The position numbers and the translations under genes are program-made. From Anthoceros angustus (Eukaryota; Plantae; Anthocerotophyta), in contig MU008163.1 of the NCBI GenBank assembly GCA_010909165.1, positions 1,922,001-1,986,000 of the forward strand: DNA of 64,000 nt, read 5' to 3'. This document shows, one piece after another, positions 10,508-22,500 of the stretch; position 1 is the stretch's first letter; each line of letters begins with the position of its first letter. Under the pieces are notes generated by a model. That model was not told where the DNA came from and did no database searches. It worked only from the letters and a program-made list of their open reading frames with translations.

Positions 10508-12793
10508 GGTTTCTAATATAAATTGGACGTAAGCTAACTCATTTCCAGTGTTCCATCAGTCGCCTACTGCACTGATGCCCACTTCAGATCCTCCGTTCTT
10601 TCTCCAGATCCTGTGTGGTATCATGACCATTCTGCGTTTTCGCACCGGATACTGCGCGGAATTACTATGGCTTTGCAACCTTCTCTGACCTTCTCTTACT
10701 GCTGTGCTTCTTGCCAGGACTAGTTAACACAAGATCTGTCGGTCTGTACTGGGTCCTCGGATGTTTTCTTTTAAGGCAGCGTTGATCCATTCTTGTCTTG
10801 AATGTACATGCATCCGTGACTCGTCAATTGTGGCAGCTCGAGGCTTGTAACCAGGAACTAGACAGGTTGCACTGGTACTTCATGCAAGGACATCTGATGC
10901 CCCTGCTGCAAGCGTGCCCTGTTGCCTTCCCTGCACACAGACTCTACACAACGGCAACGGATCCCTGCACGAGGCCACGTGATGTGTGTCCAATGGCCCA
11001 TCCTGCCGGCAACCAGGTATGCACACAGAACTGCCTTTTACCCATCTTCCTTTCCATGGCTTTGAATACAAACGACATCCTCGATCGTCCTGGACGTCTT
11101 CGACGTTGCTTTTTTGCTTTCCGGGTCTTCGCAGCCCTGGGCCATGGGGCCATGGCTGCCAGGTCTGCCTGGGCCCGAGCCTGGGCAGCAAAACAAGGAG
11201 ACGCGACAGGATGGAGAAAGCAGAGGAAGAAGGTACCAGAAACGCCCGCCCCTCGCACACCCTGCTCTTTGTGCCGGGTTGGTGCCATTTTCCAATATTA
11301 GCACCCGCGGTGAAGCGGCCACGCCGCCCTTCTCACAAATACTGGATAAATCGAAGCCATGAATGAAAAGAGCCCGATCCCGTCCGTGCCCGAGCAAACC
11401 GGCTGACAAAACGCGCCTCCTTCATTGCAACGTGCAACGCGAGGGTTTGGCCTGTTTCGGGCCGGGCCCGCTTCCAATTCAATTCGAGCCCGTCGCGTGG
11501 CTCAGATATTTGAGCCGCCTGGACGGAAAGCGGCACATGGGAACACGCCTGGGACTCTATCTGAAACTCCCTGCTACCCATCATTCGACGTACATCTTCT
11601 AACCGCCTCAGTTATGCGCTTTTATGGCGCAGTGAAATCCCAATGTCAACGAGCTCGGCTACCCACACCTGTCACCTACCGGCGCTCGGGCCCGCAACCA
11701 GATTAACTTGCTGTACATAATTCGGCGCAGCTCTTGTTTATCGCGGCGAATCATGTCGCGATAAGCGAGGTTTAATGTACCGTACGAGCGTGACGATACG
11801 AGTGACTCGGGTTTCGACCCCTCGTCAGCTCGCCATGTGACCTGCAACTGCGCGGGTCTCACCGCTTCGCTAAATGTCGAAAGTCTGAATTAGGGTTTAA
11901 GCCGCGGATATTGTATTCAAACAATTGCGCGCACTGCCGGCGGGAAGGCGCCACGGGACGGGACAGGTCGGGTCGGGCCGGGTCGGGTCACGGGGGCAGG
12001 GGAGTACACCGACCTTGTTTGCTTGTCTGTCTTGCGCGTTGCCTGGAAATGCGAGCCTGCGACCGCCTTTCTTCCATGCCAGTGCTTGTGCGTTCTGAGC
12101 TCTGAGAGAGAGTTTTGATGACGATGCCCGCCCGTCTTATCTGTGTCACGATCCGGATCCGGCTGGCGTGCCGCCATTGGCTGCCGAGGAGTGTGTGACG
12201 CCTGGCCGCCTCTCGGGCAGCATCGCATTGCCCGGCCTCTTGGCACGGCCAGCCAGTCTGCTAATTCTGTCTCCTGATCGTGGTGAGGGACGGTGGCGCT
12301 CCCTGCCTGGAAGCATCCGCTTGCGATTGTGGGATAGGTTTGAGGAAATTCGTGCTGGAGGTTGGGAGAGCAGGGAGATCGAGCTCGGCTGAATGCTTTC
12401 ATGTAATTTGCAGCGGGAGGGATGGACGCTATGGTGAGGAATAGCTTGGATTGGAGCTCCTCCAGTAGTTGGATGCTTTTGCGTTTCTGTGAAGGAGAGG
12501 AGCTGGCGCTTTGGAAGCCGCTTGAGGGAGCCTGACTGTTCAGCTTTTCGGGACGTGAATCCGCTGCCCGGGTTTCGGTTCTGCGGGAGGTTGAGGCTTG
12601 GACGGTGTGTGGACGAGGGATGGGAGGCCGTTCGCGTCCATCCGGCAGGCGCGCTTTGTACGGCCCCGGTAGCGGAAGGAGGTCGAGGTCGCCGGATTGG
12701 CAGGTTTGTCAGCACGGATCTGGTTGATGCGTGCGGTGCGAGGGAGAGAAGGGAAGAGAAAGGAAAGGGAGGGGATGTTGCGCCGTTTGTGTG

Positions 12794-14284
12794 ATGGTAT
12801 TGATTAAGAACTGTTGTGGTTTGTGTTTGAGGAATCAGTTTGAGTGCAGGAGGGAGAATCCGGAGGTGGACGCTTTCGAGTCGTTTTACAGGATGAGGCA
12901 CGCAGACGCAAGGGTGCATGCCATGGGATCTCCTTTCCGGGAGGGAGATTACCTGGGTGCGAAAGTGTCCCAGTGTGAGAAGGCTCATCATTCCAGGAGG
13001 CGGTCGGGGAGGCGGACTCACAGCCTGGACTCGCCCGAGAGTGACAGCTACACGCTTGCGGATCTTTTCTGCCAGGGGGATGACATGTATGACGCATTCC
13101 ACAGCGGCAGGAGCGGGCGTCCCAAGGGCCCCTGGAATGCGCTCTTTTCCAGTCTTTTCAGCTGCGTCTCCAGCCCGCGCTCTTCTGCCAGTCGTGCCTA
13201 TACGGATAAGCGAGCCAGGGAGCTGATGGAGCTTAGCAGGCGGCAGGAATCGGCGCTGGCAGACAAGCAAGATACCATTGATATTCTGGAGTGGAAGCTT
13301 CAGCAGCTGCAGCTCTTCGGGCAGGACAGCGCGAGGTGGCTATCGTCCATGTCCAAGCGGTTTGCTCTTGGCCGGGATCGCGATTCCCCCGCCTCCGAAT
13401 CGTCTGAGAAGGGACGCTTCGAAAACTACCTTGCGGGAGTGAAGCTGATGGACAACGATGTGCTGGCGGTTTTGGTTTTGCTGGATACCGCTGTGGTGCG
13501 CGCAAGGATTGCCGTGCGATGCTTCTGCCGCATCTTCATGAAGCAGATGGAGCTGTCCGGGTAATTATTATATTCGTACGTTCTCCTCTGTCTGTTCTCT
13601 TTACGCGCGGTTTATGCACCCGGAGATTTTTACTTACCAGGCTTGATTGTGATTTGCGTCTTCAGGTATGCAGTTTGGAAGGCTTTGTCAGACATGGAAC
13701 CAAGGACGAATTTCGCGCGGAAGGAGCATGCGGCTTTTGTGCTAGAATCACACATCAACAAGGCCTTGTACCACTCCTTTGAAAGCGAGAGCTTTGATGA
13801 TGCTGGAATCACGAAGTTCATGGACCCAGACCAGCGATGTGTGGTCCGGTTGGAAGAATACGAGACTCTGAAGCTAGTGGATGCTGTCGACGCTGTGAAC
13901 AGGAAACACAGACTGTTCGATTCCGACTTCCTTCGCTTCTGCGACACCAAGATGCGGGAGATGTGGTTTTTGTTTCCATGGAACATAGTGTTCCATACCC
14001 CTGAGCAGAGGGCCGTCTTTACTGGTTCGTTTCTGGATGCAGCCAAGAATGTGTGGCTTCTTCACAGGCTGGCCCACTCCTTGAATCCTGTGTGCACTAT
14101 TTTGAGAGTGGGCCGAGGCGCACCAATTGACACAAGGTATGTCGAGGTGGTGGCCATCCCGCCTTATGAGACCTGTAGGAAATGCGTCAAGCCCAAGGTG
14201 GAGTTCATGACCATGCCAGGATTCAGGGCTCATCACAGGGTCACTAAATGTCAGGTCTACCAGCACTTCTCATGTAGCAGATAG
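12794..14284 (+). CDS. IRK-interacting protein / GIL1-like protein, 2 exons (12794-13560, 13666-14284)
   Basis: Coiled coil followed by F.RFCDTKM, AAKNVWLLHRLAHS..P...ILRV, D.RY.E and KVEFMTMPGF.....KCQV motifs. The phase-2 GT-AG intron joins the two ORFs in frame. Confidence 0.82.
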
Positions 14285-15889
14285 CCGCTGGCTAGTGCAA
14301 TCTCAGGCTGCCACTGTTGTGGACGACAGTTGACGGTAAGGTGAGTCTTGGGTTTCTGAAGTTCCTGGGGTAATGCGCAAGGCACAAGTCCAGCTGATTC
14401 ACTTGATACATCATCTGTCTGTTGGTTTCTCAGGAGGACCAAAGAGAGCCTGGGGATAAACGAGTTTTTCCTCTACAAAGCTATGGTTTTATCTCCCCCG
14501 ATCTATCTCCCGCCGGGACGCTATGGGTCTCAAGAGTCCCTTGCATCGTAGGTAGGCAGCTACCGCAGAACTATGAGCGCCATGTACAGTACCCGATCTT
14601 GTATTTGTTGCGCCTATTCCCAATCCGAGAATTGGAATTATTCTTACCAGCCTAATTTGCATGTCATGGTCACTTGGGCCCAATTTTCTTCGGGAACTGC
14701 GCTAATGTTTGTGCTATTTTCTCACTGGATTGGGAAGTCCCTCAAGCCCAATGGAGTGTCCATGCAAAAGTTTCAATCGTAAGTGTTAGATTTTAAAGAT
14801 AAATAATATGTTTTTAAGTTTGTTTAGTAAATTGGATATTAAATATAATTTAGTCTGTATTAGGATAATTGTATTCTATAACAAAGTGTTGGCATATCTA
14901 GGTACAATAGCACAACATCAAAAACCTAGAGTGCAAATAGCATACGCTTTAAACTTAAAACACTCTCTACAAAATATACATCTTTATATATGTATCTATT
15001 AAAAATTACAATGATATAATAAATTTTATTATATCTAAATTAAAATTCATCAACCAATATAACACCAATTTTTTATGTCCATGAGTCTGGTTGCCATATT
15101 GTTGTGAGGGCTTCCGGACCTCTTATCTTGGAAGATGAGTCTCACGATAAATTAAAGCAAGACACCCAAGTATCCTATACAACCACACCATGGGGGGGTT
15201 CGATAGCCTAAACGTGGAGGGACTAAATTCAAACAACACTTTATATATCTATGGAACTATATACAAAATAATATAAGCACGAAAGAAGGGAACAGCCTAA
15301 CTCCAACAGCAACTCTACTGTCCACAATGGAACCTCACCATCTGCCAGGCCACAACGCTGCATGATCAAGCCTGTGCAGCACCCATGGAAAAACTAAACA
15401 CTTCATCAAAGAAGCTTCTATCCAACCTCTACATCCAGCAGCAGAACCAAATTGGCAAACGATAGGTTGGAAGTTCATCCCTGTGAGCGCATACATAGCA
15501 ATAGCAAACGAGCTCCAATTTGAGCTAAATTCAATAGAAAAATTCACAATATAGGGTGAGCTCAGCAAGCCTTGATGTTCAACTTACAGTGAAGCTGCCA
15601 TAACTCGCAACAGAGAGACTCTAACAACCAATTTGTCTAGCCCGTTCTGCACCTTCTCGTATTCGGATGGTTCTTGTGCAAAAGCATCCCAAGCAGCCAT
15701 CTTCAACCCACCACGCTCCCACTTTCAGCCATCATCGAGAGCCAAATCTTTCTCTCTCAATTTGGCCCGGTCAGTCATGTCACATAACAGTAGTTCTTGT
15801 AATCTAAACATTATATAATACCAGCCTATCATCTAGTAAGTGCCAATTGCTTATCACACTGTCTCCTAGCCGACATGATTGAGGATGAC

Positions 15890-17735
15890 ATGGATAACTA
15901 AAGTCTCCTCGCTTCTAAACATATGAAACTAGACGTTGACAGGTAGCACCATAAAAGCAAGCAATGGTTCAAGAGTATTTGCGTGCATATACACAGCTCG
16001 CAAACATCGTGGATTTTCCAAGCTTCACACAACTTTTATAGGTACAAGGTCCTAATCAATATGCACTATTTGCTGTTGAGCGGACACAATCTTTTGCAAA
16101 AAGTAGCACGTTTAGTTTGCTCCTAGGCCGTTTGTGGATACCACACTTGGTAAGATCGCGAGTTAATTACAAGTGTTGCTACAACCAAATGTTATAAGCA
16201 AGTGTAAATTATGAATATAAACAACGGAATACATATAAATTAGTCTAGACTCACAATTGATTAGCATTGACATCTTTTGCAAATGTTGAATCTGAGGGAG
16301 AGGAGAATAGTATACAATGTACCACTTTAGGAATAAGAGGGAAAGTTTGGCGATCAAGTCCTCCAGGATACATGGAAGTTCACATCATTTGGTGACACTT
16401 GGGGAGAGGGAGCGGGAGAGGGAGAAGGAGATGGGGATGGTCCATCATGTAACAAAATAGGAGGAAAAATTAGGAGTGAAGGATACATGGGACCATGATT
16501 TGATAACACTTGGGGAGAGGGATCTAGGAGAAGGAGATGGCGATGGGGGATGGTCTAGTGGGTACTACTTTAGGAAAAGGAGGGAAGCGATGGAAGGTAG
16601 GTGGCAATCTCACGGGTACATTGCGAATGGGGGGAGTGCGAGACGGATGCGGGTTCAGTCTTATAGCCATGCTAGATATGGTGCTGCATAGTAACAACAA
16701 AACAAATAGGCCAGTGGTAGCTTTCTTTCACAAATTAGCACTCCACCACAAAGAATATGTTACTTGGAATCGGAGTAGTGCACAGATATGGGCTATTTAA
16801 ACTCACATACACAGGTTACCGAAATTATTGATCTAATCTTGTTCCATCTCGATATTACATTTATTTCCTGTTAATTAATGGACAACAATAGCCACAAAAA
16901 AATATTTATAAATTTTAATATTTATTTATATTATTCATATATATAGTAAATATTATAAATTATATACCCATTTTTATTTATGGATACATTATATAAAATT
17001 TTATATAGTAGAATTTCTTACAAATACTACTATTCTTGCATGAATTTACTCAACTAAAAATACTGTTTAGCTTCAAATCATTTACTCAGACAATGATAAG
17101 AAAGGTAGGTATCCTTAATCGAGCATTGTGCTAAGTGGTTGCCTAGTTACGGAGGCCATCAAAAGGAAGATACAGCTACATGGTACATGCTGATATGGGC
17201 CTGTGAGGTGCAATACCCCATCGTAGATTTCTCAGTGGAGAGCAACAGTGGCTTCTCAGTGGCTTTTGATATGTTATTAAATATGGGCTTTTTCAGTTCG
17301 CAACCCTTCTATGTCATCCGCAAGGGAGTTTTCAAAGCCTTTCCACCTTGACCCTTTGCAAGAAACCCTGAGTTGTGTGCTTCCCAAGAGGAAGCACCTC
17401 GTCGTTGCGAAATGTTGAAACACTCTGAAGCTCCTGACGGAGCCACAATTGCAACCATACAATTGCCCATATCCTCCTATCGCACTCCAGCCCATGCCTG
17501 GATATGTCCCTATCCAGATGCATGGGCAATCACGTCTCTACTGAGGCCGCAGAGCCCTCTTCATATGCCCCTCCCATCGAGGACAGTGTAATAGGGACCA
17601 GGTTCATCCTCTATGGATAAGCTCCTGACAAAGCAGTGGAAGTTGGCAATGCAGGGTAGAGCTGGACAGCCCCAGCACAAGAATTTATCTGTTCAAGAAC
17701 TCTACACCATCCTTCCTATCAGCATACGGCCAGAC
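15890..17735 (-). repeat. Diverged inverted copy of the array unit (homologous to ~23304-25760)
   Basis: Reverse complement of 17594-17735 matches 23304-23450, and 16050-16300 matches 25050-25380, among other blocks. It lacks the segment equivalent to ~25380-25630. Confidence 0.9.
16251..16724 (-). pseudogene. Decayed ninth copy of the secreted Pro-rich repeat gene (2 modules)
   Basis: Minus strand reads (K)ATTGLFVLLLLCSTISSMAIRLNPHPSRTPPFAMYP*...FPPFPKVVP...MYPGGLDRQTFPLIPKVVH...SDSTFAKDVNANQL*. ATG is replaced by AAA; there is an internal stop and frameshifts. Confidence 0.8.
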
Positions 17736-17986
17736 GGCACCGCCATCCCTCCCTCTTACATTGCAACGCACACAAACAAATGACTGCGTTCCCGACCCTT
17801 GCTTGCGACTTCGGAAAGATCTCCACTATAAGCTTCTTATACCGCTTCATGGATCATGCTCGTAATGCGGACGCTCAAAATTGTATAACATATATGTACA
17901 ATAGACAATGACACAATATCTAAAATAAGACTTTGATATGTACACTATAGGTTCACATGTTCTTATATTACAACGGTCAAATCTTA

Positions 17987-18608
17987 GGAATACCGATCTC
18001 GTCACGGGCCGTCGTGTGTGTGACATAGTTTTTTTGGGCTGTACTGTACTCCAATATGCCATGGCATCTTCAAAATTCCTTCGTATAATATATGTATAAT
18101 ATGCGCCACATCAGCTCGGCTAGGGTTGTGCGGGCAAAAAACTTTCTATCACACAATTTTGGCCCGGTGTTCCCATTGTGTCATGCAGAAGTTTTGTTCC
18201 CTGGGGTTTTAGGGTTACGATCAGGTACTCAATGCTATGTGAAACTGCACCCCAATAGTCAGCAACAAACGCCCACTGCGTACCAAAACAAGCAACCCCA
18301 GTGGCAACGCCGAGACGCAGCAAAGAACCGAGTGTAGCGCAAATGCAAACACAGACCACCCAAAGATATGCATGATGCAATGGCACCCAAACGCCCATCA
18401 CAAGAGTCAACCCTAAACCCTAACCACAAGTGGGTAAGAGAAAAAAGTTTGTGTGCATCATCAGCTGAACGAGATCGCTACACCCAAGGGCCACAGCGAA
18501 GACCGATGTGGTCATGCTAGAAATAGTCCCGCCGTATGCTACGGGACTATTTCTTTCTGTACAGAACCCTAAAAACATATGAATGGTCCGTGACGAGATC
18601 CATATTCC
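17987..18608. mobile_element. MITE-like element sharing its terminal motif with the 5525-5999 element
   Basis: Left GGAATACCGATCTCGTCACGGGCC; right reverse complement GGAATATGGATCTCGTCACGGACC. No clear target-site duplication. Confidence 0.65.
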
Positions 18609-19305
18609 ATACAAATCCAAATTTGTAGATTGCTCCAATCTAAAACACAATAATCAAATCCATACTATAGGTTGATGAATTCTTACAACGGCCAAAATTA
18701 TCTTATGAATATTCTCATATCCGCACTATAGCTTCATAAATTCTTAAGATAAGATACTCAAATTTATATTATTGTTATTATTATTATTACTATTATATAT
18801 ACCACTTGTATCATAAATATTTTAAATATTTTACTACTATCCGATGATATTACGAAAAAGCAAGAATCAATAATCCTTTGAAGTGTTTGTATCAAAATTT
18901 AATGATGGTTCAAATCCCCCTCACCACACGAGATCTTTGCCATCCTCAGCGACAGTTACGGAATGGAGCTCGTCTACAAGTCGAAGAGCTCGCTTCCTCG
19001 TTCAAGGGGGCCTGTATCTAACCTAGGAGGCAAATCACTAGATCGATGTCACAAGGCGCTGCACTTGCCAGCAGGTTGAGCCCTCTTTGAGTTTAACACT
19101 TTCAGAGACTTGAGGTCGGTTGATCCAGGCAGATTCGTGATCCAGGTAGTTCCAATGAGTCACCTGGTGCATCATATGTAGCACGCTCGGGTGGTTTCTC
19201 CACTGGCTCGGAGGCTGCCGCAGATATTGCTTCTCACAGCTCGTTGCTCTGTGGATAGATTGAATTCCAGGAAAAGCTTTTTGTACCTTTCATTGCTGGG
19301 ATAGG

Positions 19306-22300
19306 TCAAGATTCAGGTAGTTCCAACGATGGCGTCTCGGTTTGAAAAGAAGATAACTTGTCAAGAATGCTCTGTGCATCCTCTGGACTGCCACACCTAA
19401 CATACATGTCCGCCAGTGACCTCCTCATCGACTCACGGTACTCTAACCCGCCTTCAATTACCTCAGCGTGAAGCTGTTTACCAACTGCGAGGTCTTCTGA
19501 ACTTGCACAAGTTTTAAGAATGTGGAGAAAGATTTCTTCATTAGGCTTAACGCCCTCCACCTGCATTTGCTGGAAGAGCTTAAAAAGATAGGCTGCGGAC
19601 CCAGACTGAGCATGGCCTTCAAACATGGCACTCCACGAGTCTACGTTTCGATTGGGCAGAGTCTCAAACACTTGCTGGGCATCCACCAGACTCTTACACT
19701 TCACGTACATACTGATGAGGGCGTTGCTGGTGAACAGCTCTCCCTCATATCCAGATTCTTTGATGCGCTTATGCACCTCCCTGCCTTCCTTTAGAGCTGA
19801 TGCAGTACCACATGCGTTCAACATGAGCCCAAAGGTTGCAGAGTTTTCCTTAAAACCTTGATTCTGCATTTGCTGAAAAAGAGTAAAGGCTTCCTTGAGC
19901 TGCTTGTGCAGTGTATATCCTTTGATCATCGTGTTCCAAGAGATCACCTCCTTATCACGCATACCGTTGAACACTTTCCGTGCTTCAGAGGTGCTCCCAC
20001 ACTTACAGTACATGTCAATTAGAGCGTTCCCAACATACACATCGGAATCAAATCCACTTTGGTTTATCTCATTATGAAGCTGCTTCCCAAGATCCAGCGA
20101 ACCTAGGCTGCCACAGGCCCCGAGGATGTTGACAAAAGTCACTTGGTTTGGCTTCACCTCCGAAGCTTTCATCAGCCGATACATGACAAAGGCTTCCTCT
20201 TCCAGACCACAATATGAGTAAGCCCCAATCATTGCCGTCCAAGAAAACACGTTCTGTAGTGGCATCCTGTCAAACACTTGGCGGGCATCTTCAATGCTCC
20301 CGCATTTTCCATACATTGACACCAGGGCAGTTCCAACAAACAAGTCCGTATCTGACCCGTTGCTCAATAAGTGGGAATGAATCCTCCTACCCTCCTCAAG
20401 GGAACTCGGTCGGTTACACACATTCAGAACACTGGCGAAAGTGACCTCGTTAGGCCTTACACCCTCTCTCTGCATCTGCCAGAACAGTCTCAGTGCCTCC
20501 TTTGGACGGCCGCCACGTGCATACCCACTAATGAGTGCTGTCCAACAGACCACACTATTGTGACCAGACATCTGCACAAAAGCTTCCCGAGCATCGTCGA
20601 GAGACCCACATTTTGCATACATGTTAACCAGAGAAGTCCCCAAAAACGTATCCAGCTCCAGTCCTTTCTTCTTGATGTAAGCATGCACTCGCTTGCCCTC
20701 CTGCAAGTTCAACGTATGTGCGCAAGCATTGAGTACACCGACCAGGGTAATCTCATTTGGTTCCATACCGTGAGACTCCATCTGCCTAAATAATTGCAGT
20801 GCCTCACCCGGCTGCCCATGCTGAACGCATCCAGCAATAAGAGCAGTCCAAGTGACAATATTTCGTTCAGGCATCTTGTCAAACACTTGACGTGCCTCTG
20901 CCAAACTCCCGCATTTGGAGTACATCGAAACGAGACCAGTACCAACATACAGGTTACAATCGTCCCCAGTTCCAAGAATCCTGCTGTGGAGCTGCCTGCC
21001 CAATTCTAGAGATGCAAGTTTTGCACAAGCTGTCACTACACTGCAAGTTGTCACGGAGTCAGGAACGCGACCTTCATCTTGCATCTGGTAAAACATCTTC
21101 ACAGCTTCCTCAGAGCGCCCTTTGAACACAAGGGCCCCAATCAGGATGTTCCAAGTGATAACGTCTCGAATGGGCATTTTCTTGAATACTTGAAGGGCAG
21201 TATCAATGTCCCCTCTTTTGACATGCATATCCACCAGAGCCGTTCCCACAAAGACGTCAGTTTCATAGCCGTATTTCACAGCAAGTGACTGTGTCTTGTT
21301 GCCTTGATCTACAGCTCCTAGACTGGTACATGCATTTAGTATGTGCACGAAGGTGAACTGATCTGGACTTAGTCCCTCCTTTTGCATCTGGACGAACAAC
21401 CTCAAAGCTTCACCACCATTTCCGTCATGTGCATAGCTGCCGACCATTGCATTCCAGGCTACAGTATCACGTGACGCCATCTGATCAAAGACTTGGCGTG
21501 CATCTTTTACACTCCCACACTTCGTGTATGCTGACAGCAAAGCAGTTTGAACAATAACATGAGTTTCAAAGCTGTACTTCTTCAGCTGTTTGTGAATTTT
21601 CTTCACAGAATCTAGGTCGTCACACGTGTTGATCAGGTTGACGAAGGAAACTGGATCTGGCTTCATGCCCTGTTGGAGCATTTCATCGAAGAGCCCCAAA
21701 GCCTTACTATTGAGTCCCTGTCGTGCATACCCTCCGATCATGGAATTCCATGCTACAACATCTCGTTCAGGCATTGTATCAAATACCTTGCGGGCCTCTT
21801 CTATGCTGCCACACTTCGCATACATGTCCACCACAGTGTTTGCAACATAGGATTCAGTATGCAAACCAGCTTTAATCGCCAGCTCATGAAGCTCCTTCCC
21901 CTCCTTGAGAAGTCTCAAGGTCCCACACACACTGAGGATGCTCACAAACGTATATTTATCCCCCTCCAGACCCTCTTCACGCATCTGTTGGAACAACCTC
22001 ATAGCCTCCCTGGGCTGCTGTTCCTGCACATAACCGTCAATAATCACAGCGTACGTGACTGTGTTCTTCTCAAGCAGACTGTCAAATACCTCGTGAGCTT
22101 CTTTCATCCTCCCACACTTGACATACATCCAGACAAGTGTGGTCCCTAAAAAAACATCTGGCTTGTAGCCTATACTGATAATATGACTATGAACCAGCTT
22201 ACCATCTGCCAACAACTTCAGCTTGGTGCAGCGTTGCAGAAGACGGACACAGGCAGCGGAGAATATCAAGTCCGGGTCCAACCTGTGATCTATAGAGCGC

Positions 22301-22500
22301 ACCACTTGCAGGGCCTCCTCAAACCGTCCCTCGTCACACAATTTTTTGACTTGCTTTGGTACAGCTCGCTGCAACAATGGAACAGGAGAAGGAGGGCTCA
22401 CAGACGAAGGAGGACTCATAGAAGAACGAGGCCTCGTAGAAGAGGGAGGCCTCAAAAAAGCGCCACCATTGTACACCTGTGGCAAGTAGCAAGAAAACAT
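19306..22500 (-). CDS. PLS-class pentatricopeptide repeat protein (~30 motifs), intronless, no E/DYW domain
   Basis: Regular L-S-P triplets (TF..IL.AC / .ALV.MY.KCG...A..VFD.M / .W.A.I.GY). First ATG at 22500 (MFSCYLPQ...) with a Ser/Pro-rich, transit-peptide-like N-terminus; the ORF ends after an S motif. Confidence 0.93.
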   Translation of the reverse strand: MFSCYLPQVYNGGAFLRPPSSTRPRSSMSPPSSVSPPSPVPLLQRAVPKQVKKLCDEGRFEEALQVVRSIDHRLDPDLIFSAACVRLLQRCTKLKLLADGKLVHSHIISIGYKPDVFLGTTLVWMYVKCGRMKEAHEVFDSLLEKNTVTYAVIIDGYVQEQQPREAMRLFQQMREEGLEGDKYTFVSILSVCGTLRLLKEGKELHELAIKAGLHTESYVANTVVDMYAKCGSIEEARKVFDTMPERDVVAWNSMIGGYARQGLNSKALGLFDEMLQQGMKPDPVSFVNLINTCDDLDSVKKIHKQLKKYSFETHVIVQTALLSAYTKCGSVKDARQVFDQMASRDTVAWNAMVGSYAHDGNGGEALRLFVQMQKEGLSPDQFTFVHILNACTSLGAVDQGNKTQSLAVKYGYETDVFVGTALVDMHVKRGDIDTALQVFKKMPIRDVITWNILIGALVFKGRSEEAVKMFYQMQDEGRVPDSVTTCSVVTACAKLASLELGRQLHSRILGTGDDCNLYVGTGLVSMYSKCGSLAEARQVFDKMPERNIVTWTALIAGCVQHGQPGEALQLFRQMESHGMEPNEITLVGVLNACAHTLNLQEGKRVHAYIKKKGLELDTFLGTSLVNMYAKCGSLDDAREAFVQMSGHNSVVCWTALISGYARGGRPKEALRLFWQMQREGVRPNEVTFASVLNVCNRPSSLEEGRRIHSHLLSNGSDTDLFVGTALVSMYGKCGSIEDARQVFDRMPLQNVFSWTAMIGAYSYCGLEEEAFVMYRLMKASEVKPNQVTFVNILGACGSLGSLDLGKQLHNEINQSGFDSDVYVGNALIDMYCKCGSTSEARKVFNGMRDKEVISWNTMIKGYTLHKQLKEAFTLFQQMQNQGFKENSATFGLMLNACGTASALKEGREVHKRIKESGYEGELFTSNALISMYVKCKSLVDAQQVFETLPNRNVDSWSAMFEGHAQSGSAAYLFKLFQQMQVEGVKPNEEIFLHILKTCASSEDLAVGKQLHAEVIEGGLEYRESMRRSLADMYVRCGSPEDAQSILDKLSSFQTETPSLELPES

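Noticed and set aside
10798-11409. Overlapping 110-170 aa ORFs between UTP4 and the IRKI-like gene
   Set aside because: GC-rich region open in several frames, with no family motif to choose among them.
11765-11836. tRNA-like 3' end (GGGTTTCGACCCCT...CTCGCCA)
   Set aside because: No D-arm/A-box and no foldable cloverleaf.
12146-13270. 374-aa minus-strand ORF
   Set aside because: Antisense shadow of the GC-rich IRKI/GIL1-like gene and its upstream region; no recognisable domain.
15590-15820. Minus-strand protein-like fragment (RLQELLLCDMTDRAKLREKDLALDDG*...)
   Set aside because: Contains a stop and could not be assigned to any family.
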